Below, piece after piece: positions 1 through 11,668 of a stretch of 64,000 nucleotides of DNA; within the stretch, counting starts at the first letter, position 1; each line of letters begins with the position of its first letter. Source of the DNA: Callorhinchus milii. Its lineage: Eukaryota. The DNA lies in NCBI RefSeq assembly GCF_018977255.1, contig NW_024704751.1, positions 5,704,001-5,768,000 on the forward strand, given 5' to 3'. A program made the position numbers and the translations under genes. The notes beneath the pieces were generated by a model. That model searched no databases and was not told the DNA's origin. It saw nothing but the letters and a program-made list of their open reading frames with translations.

Positions 1-918
1 GGGGGGGGGGGAGATAAAAAAGGGACTTTATCGTAAAATCTTTATCCCCTTTCATGTCTGCATGCATAGCCAGAGACATTAACTTATGCCTTGTTAATGT
101 CATCCCGAATCCTGTTTTGACAAATGGCACTGACCCATTGAAAGAAAAGTACACAGTGGGTAAACTGCTCCAATGGTTATTGCAACGTCAATTAATGTCA
201 CTCCTAATATTGACATCAAATGGCTGATCCCACTCCTCCCTTGATCCCACGCAAACGTGGAATCAAAATCTAATAGTCGGGTCTTCAAATATTCCCCGGT
301 TTCTCTTTTATTTATTGCAAGTCCGAGAGGATCTAATTCCATCGGTGAGATTAAGTTAAGAATTCAATTTGAGCTGAGCATGGCAAGGCTCTCGGTAAGA
401 AATGACAAGTGCGATAAAAATGGACACAAACCAGGCGGTTCACATTCAAAGCGTTGTCACTGGGTCTGGTGGAACCCTCCCTCGCACCGTCGACAGACGA
501 GGAATCAAAGGTTTGCCTCGTTAACAATGATATTAAATCCTTGCATTTGATGACGTTTCACGCCCGGAGAACGCCTGGAAGTGCTTCGCGGGATTTGCTG
601 TGAAGCGCAGTGACGGTGCGTTCTTGCCTGCGGACGTGGCAGCCAATTTGCGCGCAGGAGTCTTTCTCCCCGCCCCCCACCCCCGCACAGCGCTGCGTTG
701 TGAGTTCAATGCCACCCCCCCGCCCCCACCCCCGACGTGGGGCCTTGCCCAAGATGAAAGGACAGAACTTCAGATCGATCCACTGCTTCGCATCCCCTGT
801 GTGTCATATCTCCTAACACCTGTAACTGTGCTGTAAACAGCTAGCTCGCATCAAGTGTCTTTCCCTCCGTGTGCACAACAGTACGTGACGCACGATAACT
901 TAACCGGCAGGTTTTGGT

Positions 919-1246
919 GTCAGCGTGGCTCAGTGGGGAGCATTCTCGCCTCCGAGTCAGAAGGTTGTGGGTTCAAACCCAACATCGGGATGTTTTTTGA
1001 GCTCGTATCGTCCAGCACGACACCTCAGTGCGGCGCTGAGGACTCGCTGCATTGCCAGAGGTCCCTCTGGCTGCCTGTTCCGGTGGACGTTACAAATCCC
1101 GCGGTGTCCTGGCTGGACAATTCCCCAGATAAAGCTGATCGTCCGCTTCAAGGGCAGTTTCTGGGACATTGACATGCGCAAATATTAAGCGTTCTGAGAC
1201 GTCGGGCAGACACAAGGAGGCGCCGTATCAAATGCAAGGATTGTTA
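919..1246 (+). mobile_element. DeuSINE-like element, internally deleted
   Basis: Same head GAGTCAGAAGGTTGTGGGTTCAA and tail ATCAAATGCAAGGATT. Confidence 0.8.
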
Positions 1247-2159
1247 CGCCGATGGCGGAATGCGAACATCAAATGCGTGGATTATCTTTGTTAAAACGAG
1301 ATGAAACAAAATGAACAAGTATGTGCAAGGTTTGGGGAAAAAAAATATCCCCAGGATATTTATATCTATTTACGAGCTGAAAGCAGAACTTTCCTTTCTT
1401 CCAGTACAAAAGGGGAGAATAACTGTGTACATGAAACGAAGAGATGTCTGTGCATGGATTCCTTTGAAAGGCTTGCTACTCAAACACCATTCAAAGCACC
1501 AAATGGGACGTGCCCCCAAGTTGAACCCGAACGAACGCAATCCGTGTGGTTTTCTTTTCCGAAAACGGTTCAAAAGATTTAACGTTGTTTACGTGCCAGG
1601 TGACGGACCGACACAGGTGCGCTTGCACTGCAGAATTTGTCGCTCGATCCATTGTGTCTGTGCCGTCTCTTTTAAGAGCAATCCTTTCAGTCCCATTTGC
1701 CTTTCCCCCACGCCCGGTGGAATTTCACGTAGCGTAGAAAAGGCGTAAGGTACCAGCTGAGACAAAGACTGACCTACAGCTGCCCATTGTCCGAGGACAC
1801 AACTAAATGAATAATAATAATAATAATCCTTGCATTTCATATAGCGCTTTTTCACATCTTCTAGACTTCTCATAGCGCTTTACAGAATAGTCTGTAAAGT
1901 GAATTGACTGTATATTTGTGGGCAAAAATTGCGCACTGCAGTTCCGACTTCAGCTCTGGGTACACTGTAGTTTTGGCCTCAAGCTCAACCATTGTGAGGC
2001 ACGAGAGAGGAAGGAGAAAGTAAACTCCGAATAATACTTTCGGATAAAAAGTCACACTAACAATAATAACCCTTGCATTTGATGTCAGGAAGACCGTCTC
2101 AAAGCGCTTCACAGGATTTGCTGCAAAGTGTCGTGACTGTGTATTTTGTAGGCGACCGC

Positions 2160-2370
2160 AGGACAAGAAGGCAAAGGTTCAAGGGCAATCTCAAGATAGA
2201 CACGAGGAAGTGTTTCTTTACCCAGAGGGTCATCAATGATTGGAACAGGATGGAGAGGGGGAAGTTACCGGGAAAGGTGGTTGAGGCCAGGACACTGGAC
2301 TCATCTAAGAAATTGTTTGCAATAGCGCAGGCATCCTGGAAGGATGAGATCAAATGGACCGAGGAGCCTT
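2160..2370 (+). mobile_element. CR1-type LINE 3' fragment
   Basis: Translates to RKCFFTQRVINDWN, a CR1 ORF2 C-terminal signature. Confidence 0.75.
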
Positions 2371-3059
2371 TCATCCAAACCTCCAGTGATCGTTTCTGCT
2401 TTGTGGTGACTTGCTAAAGATCACAGAGTGTTGAGGACCCTTTTAATGTCTCTCTGTGTAAGCAGCTGCTCGCTAATTGTAAAACGAACTCACGGACCAG
2501 AAGTGGTTTCCTGTGGATCGACGCTGCTTTTTAAATTGGTTCCAATTCAACGCGAATTCAGCAGAAACCCTTTCAAGACTTCAACAATAGCAAAGTACCA
2601 TCTACATGGGGCCGGATCGGATTACCTGCGTTCTCCGCGAACAAAAGGGGCAGTGAAAGGTGGAATGAACTCCGCCTCTGCAGTTCGGAAATGTTTTCAT
2701 CGCGGTCGTGCGTCAGCTGTTTTGACTTTTGTTCAATGCGACGCTTGTCGTTCGCACACCTAGGATGTTGCTATACACGTGATATTCACCACAGGAAGCC
2801 TCTACCCAAGTCACCGTAAACAAGTGTTACCTAATCTCCGCGGCCAACCCATCACTACAAACTACAGCTGCTCTGTAGCTAAGGTGACAGGTTTATAGGC
2901 ATTGACACACAGGCGATTCACACCAGCGATCCTCTGTGATTGCATGTGGATGAAGAAGGTCTTTTTGCCCATCAAGGTATCCAACTATTTTTTTTAATAT
3001 CAGTCTTGGCCTCAATTACCCTTGGAAGCCTGTTCTGTGGTTGCTGGATCCACTCAGAC

Positions 3060-3207
3060 TGAGGTGGATAGATATTTGTTAGGTCAGGGAATCAAGGGAT
3101 ACGGGGCAAAGGGCGGATAATTGGAGTTGAGGTACAGATCAGCCATGATCTAATAGAATGGCCGAACAGGCTGGAGGGGCTGAATGGCCTCCTCCTGTTC
3201 CCATGTT
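3060..3207 (+). mobile_element. CR1-type LINE 3' terminus
   Basis: GATCAGCCATGATC...GAGGGGCTGAATGGCCTCCTCCTGTTCC, a typical chondrichthyan CR1 tail. Confidence 0.8.
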
Positions 3208-3968
3208 CCAGCTGAGTTGTTAATACCTTTCCGGGTGAAGCAAACCTGTCTGTCTTGACATTGCCCTTTGCAACCACAAGCACAAGCTGCTGCTCTGATG
3301 ATTTGGGGTAACAAAATTTACAGCCACCCCCCCACCCCCACATAGCCGACCGACCGACCCATTGACTGATCGGCCGACCGCCTAACAAGTGCCAGAGAGT
3401 AGGTGAGAGAAGAGGGGCGATTCCGCCAGAGCTACAGAAAACTGACGGACGCGATGGGCACATTATTTATCCCGTTGTGCCACCTGCTGGATACTTTTGA
3501 AACCGCGCAAAATCTTTTTGGTTTTCTTTTAAAAAGACGGATTTTAAGGTTAGAATAATAATAAAACAATAAAACAACAGCAACAATCATAACAGTAACA
3601 ATCCTTGCCTCTGACACAGCGTCAAAGTCGAAAGGTCTCAAAGGGCTTCACCTTTTGTAGACGAAAGAGTCAGCCAACGCGCGAACAGCAAATATCCCAC
3701 AAACGGCCAAGAAAACACACACAGCGTCCTGTAAAAAAGGGTGTTAGCGGAGGCTGGACTCGATATGTCCTCTGACCCTGTGGCGGAGTGGGTCAGTGTG
3801 CTCTCGCAGGCACTTTCTCAAGGGAGGGGAGGGTTTGGGGAGATGTTAACCTTTATCAGTCCCTTTTGGACTGAGCCATTGCTGCCAAACCACTTTCATT
3901 GAACCCATAAGAAGCGTTTAATTATTCGTTTATTTTACAATCCACCCACACACAAAAAAAAGTCTCAC

Positions 3969-4061
3969 CTCTTCGATCATCTTGTCCTTCTCCTCCGAGA
4001 GCTGCTCGTCAGAAGATCCGCTTTTCACCATCTTTCTGAGACGGAAACAGTATTCCCGCAG
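3969..4061 (-). CDS. blmh: blmh exon 6
   Basis: LREYCFRLRKMVKSGSSDEQLSEEKDKMIEE. Confidence 0.93.
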
Positions 4062-7000
4062 CTGCAGATCAGAAAAAGGGGAGAGGTATCAAATGCAGGT
4101 ATTATTATTAGCAGTAATATTTTATTTATTAATCACCATGGAATACTTGTCCATTTCAGTCCGCACTAACATTAATAATAATCCTCGCATTTGATATCGG
4201 GCCTTACACGTCTTCGAGACGTCTCAAAGCGCTTCACACGATATACAGTGGATTGACGGTGTATTTTGTGAGCGGATTGCGGAAGCAACTTGCGCACAGC
4301 AGCGTCCCATGAACACCCACGGAGGAAGTGACCAATTTTATTTGACGGATTGTTGGCCAGGGCATCGGGAGAGAGAAACTCCCTTCCCCTTTCGAATAGC
4401 GCCTCGGGATCTTTCACGTCCACCTGAATAGGCAGACGGAACCCCGGCTTAATGTCTCATCCAAAGGACGGCACCTCCGACAACCAAACACCCCACCCCC
4501 AGTGCCACATTGGAACGACAGCTTAGACTATGTGATTCCAAGTCCCAGAGTGGGGCTTAAACCCACGACCTCAGACGCGAGAGCTACCACAGAGCCAGGC
4601 TGACACACATTAACAGCTCTGAAGTGCGCGTTTGCTCTCTTCCTTTCGGAAGCAGTTGATCAATATGGCTTTGATGGGGTTAAATTTCAAGCGTCATTTT
4701 AATTCGATAACCGGCTCTTACCTTGTGATTCAGAACGTCGTTCATGTGCCTGGAGGCCTCTGAACTGTGAGATTCAGGGAAGAGCTTTTTAGGGATGATT
4801 CCGTGTTTCTCTACAGAGTAAAAACAGATTGATTTCTTCTCGTATTTTTATTTAATAATATATATTTATATACACATACGCATTCTTGCGACCACTATCT
4901 CCCTTATTTGTTCGTGAAGCTGTCCCCGCTCGCTGCTGAGTGTATTTCTTCCGACCGAACGTTAAATCACAAAGTACAGTAATTTCTTTTTCTTTTGCAC
5001 ACTCAACACAGCAAGGGATGCTTAAGCTTAAGGTGAGCGTTCCCTGGTCGGCTAGGTGCACAATTCAGCTCTTTCCACCATCTTCTGTCTCTGACTGTGT
5101 CCCACTTTCAGAAGAGCAACCCTTTAGCTGGTCAGACTCCAGCATTTACCCCAACGCACCCTCTGAGGGGGCCCCAAGCCTTAGCTCCTGCCCACCTGCG
5201 CCTAATACTTTACAGAATTAGGTAAGCAAGATGCATCCCTCCAGGGAGAGAGAGCGCATTCCATTCCAACAATCCATCTCTGGAATTTCCATGCATAGAT
5301 GGGACGCATGGGATTCTCAGTTGGGTTTGGAGACTCTTAAGCAACTGAGATGGGTTTCCGCGCGTGTCAGACACACCGGCTTTGCTACAGCAACGTGAAC
5401 TGCCCTATTTCCTGCACTTGTCCCATGTGGACAGACTGAGTGAAACCGGGAACGAGGGCTAAGTTGTGGGTGTCCCCAAGCAACGGCGGGTTGAACAGAG
5501 CTCCGAGCACCAAGTCCAACCATCGCAGTGACTGCTCATTGCAGTATTTCCCGTAGGATCCTTACAGGGCTGCACAGAGACAGCACAGAACATAACAATA
5601 ACAATAATCCTTGAGTTTGATATAGCGCCTCATTACTTCATCGAGAAGCCTCAATTCACAGAGTATATTGTAAAGTGGATTGAGTGTGTACTTTGAGGGG
5701 GAAACTCCAATTACCAGCAGCGACATCCCCACAAACTGTCCTGGATTGAGTGATCAAGTTTAAAAAAATATATTTTTTTTAACTTAACCACTCGTACGAA
5801 GACAAAATCTTACCAATGAGGTTGACGAGCATCTCCCACTGCCCCCCGTCGTTGGCGGGATTTGTGAGCAGGAATTGTAGGAGTCTCCCATCGATCTGTT
5901 CTTCGTCTTCTCCGGTTCTCTTGGCAATCTTGGTAAACGTGTCCAGGAAGAAGTAACAGCGTTCAATCTGCGGCGGGAAATGGGGAGAGGAGGGGGGGGG
6001 GGAAAGGATGTGGGGGTGGGGGGGAGAAAGGATCAGGTTTGTTCATTCCATCACGGATGGATTTTTGCTCGTAAAGTAACGTTTAACATTTCTAACTCGA
6101 CCAAATGTGATGGGTGGGAAAATTAAACAATAATAATAATAACCCTTACGGTTGATGCAGCGCCTTTCACGTGGGGAGGACGTCTCGAGGAGCTTCGCGG
6201 GACAGACCGAAAAGTTTAGCGACCGCTCATTTTGTGGGCGAACGCGGCAGCCAATTTGCGCGCAGTAACGTCCCGCAAACAGCTGTGAACGATTTTATTT
6301 TGGGGCGGGCGGGAGGGAGAGTTGGGGAGGGGAGATTGTAACCAATAACAAATAACATACGTGTACTGCACCTGTCACTTCGGGATGCTTGGCTTTAAAG
6401 AAAGACTAGACGGTGAGCTTGAAGGCCTGACGTGAGGCTTGAACGCACACGCACGCACACGCGCACAGCAAATGTGCGACACAAACGTACCTTATCCCAG
6501 AAGAACAGGTAGGACGGGCTGAACTCGAATTCTTCGACGTTAAACTTCTTCATGACCGGCAGCCTCAGGATGTTCAGGCAGGAGAAGATCCAGCAGCGAC
6601 CTGAGGAGATCCGAGAGAGATTGTCGGTCGGGAACTGCTGTTCAGGTTAAATACCCGGCCCCTGTGGTCGCAACACAGAGCGGTGGGACCTGGATCTTTG
6701 CTTCCCTCTCCCTTGATTTTATTCCCACTTCGCTCTGTTCCCAAGGGACAGAAGGAGACTCTATCCCTCTATTAGTGTGAGGTGTGGAATACAGTCCTGA
6801 GATCCTTAAGTGCAGCACCTTTCACCTGAGGAGGTCACCTCGAAGCACTCCACTGGATTCGGTGTGAGGCGTAGTGACTGTGTGTTTTGTTAGGCCAACG
6901 TGGCAGCCAATTCTCGCCCAATATCGCCCCACAAACAGCCGCAAAGCCAATGACTGATTTTATCTCGGGGCGGGGGGGGAGGGGGGATTGTCGGCCAGGA

Positions 7001-10000
7001 CAAACGGGAGAGAAAAACTCCTTTCCTCTTTGCGGATGGTGCCACAGAGTCCTTTTAACGTCCTCCCGAACGGGGCACAGACGGGAGGGACCCCAGTTTG
7101 AAGTCTGATCAGAAAGTCCACGCTGCTGACAAAGCAGCCCACCCCCACACACACACACACACCCCCACCCCACACACCCCAACACAGAACTGGACTGTCA
7201 GCCTAGACAGCGAACTCAAAAGTCCTGACACCGTCCTTGAACAGGAACAGCGAATGCACGACACAGAGTACTGACGAGCCTTTGCCCTTCTTAGGTGACC
7301 ATCAACCCTGCTTTGCATTCCCAATATTTCCTGGAAAGGGGGGGGAGGCGAGGTCGGGGGTGGAGGGGGAAGAGAGAGGGGGGTAATTTTTATTTAAAAG
7401 ATAATCAGTTTTTCGAGGAAAACGGAATGGGTTTGTTACCTGTACTTTTCTGGTTGGTGATGGGCTTGCCTTCCGTGGGGATGACGTGTTGGAACACATG
7501 GCTGGTTTCCTGAATGACCGGTCTGTGGAGGTAAGCTTGCAGGAGGTTGCAGTTGGTGGCTACGTTCTGAGACAGAATGAAACTTGGCTCAGTTCTGAGG
7601 TTCTTGATGAAGCCCGCAGTCTTTTCTAGCGAAACGCCTGGGAGAGGGAGGGAAAGAGAGAGAGAGAGAGAGAGGACAATGTACTGCTGGTACTTTTGAC
7701 ACCATTTAATAATAATAATCATAATAACAATAAGAGTCCTTGCATTTGATACAGCGCCTTAACACGTCTTCGAGACGTCTCAAAGCGCTTCACGGACTGT
7801 ATATTTTGTGGGTGCAATAATAACAATAATAATGGAATTTAGCTGCTGTTTCTGATACTATTGTAGGTGAATTGTGCTAATAAGTGTAGGTTGCTGTGTG
7901 TAGTAGTAGCTGCCAGCAGTTACCCCAATGCACGTTCTGTGATATAATAATAATAATGATCCTTGCATTTAATATAGCGGTTTATCATGTAATTGTGACG
8001 TCTCAAAGTGCTTCACAGGATATACTGTAAAGTGAATTGGTATCGGCCTTTACATATATTCTGTGAAGCGCTTTGAGACGTCTCGAAGACTTGATAAGGC
8101 GCTATACCAAATGCAAAGATTATTATTGTATCAATATTGCCACCTCACCCTTCCTTCTCCCAACCCTCCCCCCATTCAGTGCCTGACGCCCGTCACTGTA
8201 AAGCGCTCCGAGATGTCACGCGATCTGAAGGGCGCTACGGTATATAAATAGCAAATTGTTGTTATTGTTAGGAGAAAATGTCTTGCAAGCTTTGACTAAG
8301 GGGGGGGAAACTTTCTGCTCCCCTCCCTCTCCCACCTCCCGCGCATTGAAATCAAAAACAACAGGCCAACGATCACCTTCCAACTGCTGGAAGTGCAGTA
8401 AGGTCGGTGAGAAATCATTCAGTCCCTCGTGCGGTATAATCCGCCTCCGCCTGAGGCGAGAGCACTCGCCTCGCGAGCGAGCGGACCCGTGTTCGATTCC
8501 CAGCCGGGAGAAAGGTTGGGCAAGTTTCCCTACTCCGCGCGTCTCTGTTCACCGAGCAGTGAGTAGGAACCCGGTTGTTAGTCGACTAACGGATCCCTTT
8601 TCCGGGGGTTATAATCCCATCAAAAAAAATAAATAATAATAATTTGGTCAATCAATCCACAACTGTTTGTGGGACGCCGCTTCGCCCACAAAACGTACAG
8701 TCAGTTCACTTTACAGCATATTCTGTTATTCTGTGAAGCGCTTCGAGACGTCTCGAGGACGTGATAAGGCGCTGTATCAAATGCAAGGATTATTATTATT
8801 ATTATTATTATTACTATCCGTCCTCAGCATCAGAATCAAACCGATAAGGTGCAAATGGGACCCGCAACAGTTGGTTTTGAAGCGCGCAATGGGGGTGGAG
8901 AGGAAGCGGGGGTCAATTATAGAAGGGTACGTGCGTGGTTACGGGGAGAGGGCGTCAAACAAACCCACCTGTAACCCTGCCTCTGAAATTAATAATAATA
9001 ATAATAATAATAATAATCCCTGCATTTGATATAGCGCAACATGACGGTCGTCGAGACGTCTCAAAAGCGCATCGGAGTGAATTGACTGTATATTTTTTTT
9101 TGGGGGGGGGGGGCAAATACACAGTCATCTTCAGGCCTTCAGAGTGACTCGGCTGTTGATAATGATGTGCAGAAAACCCTCCCTACTGCAGGCAGGCAAG
9201 AGGGCAGCAGCGATCTGCCTCCCTCTCACACGCGGTGGCCTTCACAGCAGGAGGACGTCTCAAAGCTCTTCGCAGGACACCGACTGGGCATTTTGGGGGC
9301 CGGTAAGAGGTGACCGATAGCCCAGTCAAAAAGATTCGCAGCAGACAAGACGTCGCTACTGCTGCTGCGGCAGGAGCCTGGTAGGATAACTTTGTGCGGG
9401 GGGCAGTCGTGGGGGGGGGGCGGCTTTTGGTAGATGATAATAATCCTTGCATTTGATATACAGCGCCTGATCGCGCCGCTGAGACGTCTCAAAGCGCTTC
9501 ACAGAGCACACTGTCCAGGGCATCGACTGCGTCTTCGGCGGGCGAAACGCGGCAGCCAATTTGCGCGCGGCCGAGTCCCACACGCAGCCGTGGATTGAGC
9601 GCCCCAAATCTCCTCTCGGGTTAGGGACTGTTACCCCCGGAAAAAGCGATGCGCCAATCGGCCAACAGCCGGGCTCCCGCATCCCGGCAGGGTTTAAAGG
9701 GGGAGAGGCGCGCGGGGCGAGGACCCTTACTTATAAGATCCACCGCGACGGCGACGGCGGCGGCGGCGGCGATGGGTTAAAGACAGGAGAGGAACGAGGA
9801 AGGTCAGACTTTGCGCAGAGCTATCTGCAAAGGTCCTCGAAAGTCCCCCTTTGATAAAAGGCTGGAAATAAGGAAACTGAAAGCACAGATGGGACACAGA
9901 CACACACACACACACACACACAAAAGAGTGCATTCAGCAGCATTGCCTTCTGAGAAGACAGAGTAGGTTAGGTCACAGGTACAGAGGTGGGGAGAGGGAG

Positions 10001-10062
10001 AAGGAGGAGAAGGAGGAGGAGGAGGTTAAAGGAGACCAAGGAAGCTTCTTACCCAATGCCAT
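3969..10062 (-). CDS. blmh: Bleomycin hydrolase (peptidase C1B), 5' part; coding exons 10053-10062, 7440-7637, 6491-6600, 5814-5967, 4722-4810, 3969-4061; remaining exons not found in the window
   Basis: Spliced GT-AG exons stay in frame: MALGVSLEKTAG...EGKPITNQKSTGRCWIFSCLN (catalytic Cys motif)...YLFFWDK/IERCYFFL...NPANDGGQWEML.../EKHGIIPKK...LNHK/LREYCFRLR...; exon sizes 198/110/154/89/93 fit the vertebrate BLMH structure as I recall it. Confidence 0.93.
4172..4605 (-). mobile_element. DeuSINE-like element in blmh intron 5
   Basis: Reverse complement of the head, core and tail motifs. Confidence 0.8.
4722..4810 (-). CDS. blmh: blmh exon 5
   Basis: EKHGIIPKKLFPESHSSEASRHMNDVLNHK. Confidence 0.95.
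5814..5967 (-). CDS. blmh: blmh exon 4
   Basis: IERCYFFLDTFTKIAKRTGEDEEQIDGRLLQFLLTNPANDGGQWEMLVNLI. Confidence 0.95.
6491..6600 (-). CDS. blmh: blmh exon 3 (catalytic Cys)
   Basis: GRCWIFSCLNILRLPVMKKFNVEEFEFSPSYLFFWDK. Confidence 0.95.
6830..7270 (-). mobile_element. Diverged DeuSINE-like element in blmh intron 2
   Basis: Reverse-complement core motifs GGCAGCCAATT, CCCACAAACAGC, GCCTAGAC. Confidence 0.7.
7440..7637 (-). CDS. blmh: blmh exon 2
   Basis: VSLEKTAGFIKNLRTEPSFILSQNVA...HVFQHVIPTEGKPITNQKST; AG/GT borders. Confidence 0.95.
8455..8815 (+). mobile_element. tRNA-headed SINE, subfamily with a GGGCAAGTTTCC...AGTAGGAACCCGGTTG body
   Basis: B box GTTCGATTCC; same body as the copies at 43140 (+) and 57935 (-); (TTA)n tail. 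Confidence 0.8.
10053..10062 (-). CDS. blmh: blmh candidate coding exon 1 (MAL-G)
   Basis: ATGGCATTGG|GTAAGA, phase-1 donor that joins exon 2 to give Gly. Confidence 0.65.
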
Positions 10063-11239
10063 CTTGTGAGTTCCCTGGAACTTCTCAGCAGGAGAACTGA
10101 TTGCAAACTTGGGATTAATTTTTTTTTGGGGGTTGTGTGTGTGGGGTGGGGGTGGGGGGGGATGGGGGGGGGGGGAGTGATCCTTCTCTCTCTCTCTCTC
10201 TCTCTTGGGCTCAGGAAGAAGGGATGGAAGAAAGGTCCTTTGCAATTGGGGGAATAAAGGAGAGACAGACAGACAGAGAGAGAGAGAGAGAGAAGCCGGA
10301 AACCGGAACTTCCACCCAAGCAATGGTGCAAAGGAGAGGAGAGATGCAATGGAGCAGTGTTGGCTTGAGGGAGCTCCAGACCTGCTTCCCCTCTCTTCTC
10401 CCTCTCTTGGGTGCCTCTTCCTCTCTGCTTCGAAGCCAAGAACACAGGCAAAGCTGTCAGCTTTCCTGCTGTATTAGACTCTCTTTTCTTTCTCTCTCTC
10501 TCTCTTGTTGTTCAAGAGGGAGGGAGGGAGGGAGGGAGGGAGGGAGGAGCATGCAAAGGGAGACAGGCAATGGACCCAGATATGATGCAACCACCAAGTG
10601 GGCAGTGCAGTGCAGTGCAACTGGCTTTCTCCAAGGCTCTCCCTGCGCTGCACGCCAGCCGCGGAGACCTCGTGCCCCATCCACGCTGATCTACGCCTAC
10701 GTGCTAAGGCTTTTTATTTTCTTAACCCCTTCTCTATCTCGCTCTCTCGCTCTCGCTCCTTTCTGATAATAATAATAATAATAATAATAATAATCCTCGC
10801 GGCCACCGGAAGGGTACGGATGCAAAACGATGGGCTGCGCGTTTACCACAGCGCCTCAAAGCGCTGCACGGAATGTGCCCTAAAGCGGATGAACTGCGTG
10901 TTTTTGCGGGGGGGGCGCAACGGGGGCGGCGAATCGCGCGCGGCAGTGTCCCACGAACGGTGTCGTGGATTGAGTGACCGACTTATTCATATTTGTTGTT
11001 GTTTTCTTTCTTGGACGTTCACGGTATCAGATGATCTCAAGCAGAAACTATTCGGTGAAGCGCTTTGAGACGTCGTGATGACGCGATAAGCCGCTATATC
11101 AAATGCAAGGATTATTAATATAACAAGAATCAAGTCTTCGCATTGCCTGTGACAATAATAATAATAATCCTTGCATTTGATATAGCGCTTTCCACGTGAT
11201 GAGAGAGAAGGGATTATCTCGAATGCAGGGATTATCATT

Positions 11240-11668
11240 ATTATTTCATTATTATTAATAATTCTTGCATTTGATAACAGCGACTTTTATGTCGGGAGGA
11301 CGTCTGGAAACGCTGCCCAAGATTTACTGTGAAGTGTAGTGACTGCGTACTTTGTGAGCGAGGGTGGCAGCCAACAGCAATGTCCCAGGTGTAGCCATGG
11401 AGTGAGTGGCTGATTCTTAATCTCGCCGATTGCTGGCCAGGACACCGAGAGAAACAGCTTTCCCTTTTTGAGCAGCCCTGAGGGATCTTTAAAGTCCACC
11501 TGGACAAGGAGACGGGATCTTTAACGCCTCACCTAAAGGACGGCAACTCTCAAATACTGGGTCGTGGTGTCAGCCAAGACTATATAAGTTCAAAGTCCTG
11601 ATACGGAGCTTGAACCAAGAACCTTCTGACGCAGATGCAGGAATGATACCAACTGACCCAGGCTGACA
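11240..11668 (-). mobile_element. DeuSINE-like element
   Basis: Reverse complement head AACCTTCTGAC, core and tail. Confidence 0.75.

Noticed and set aside
1589-1873. Recurrent peptide motifs such as CKDYYYY, MQGLLLL and ILAFDIAP in many short ORFs
   Set aside because: Translations of the same SINE tail in different frames
1-3968. Search for blmh exon 7 (PPETFTWEY-like)
   Set aside because: No matching exon seen; presumed to lie beyond the left edge
10026-11068. Overlapping 141-209 aa ORFs upstream of blmh
   Set aside because: Products of GA/GGGA microsatellites and SINE tails; no recognisable domain
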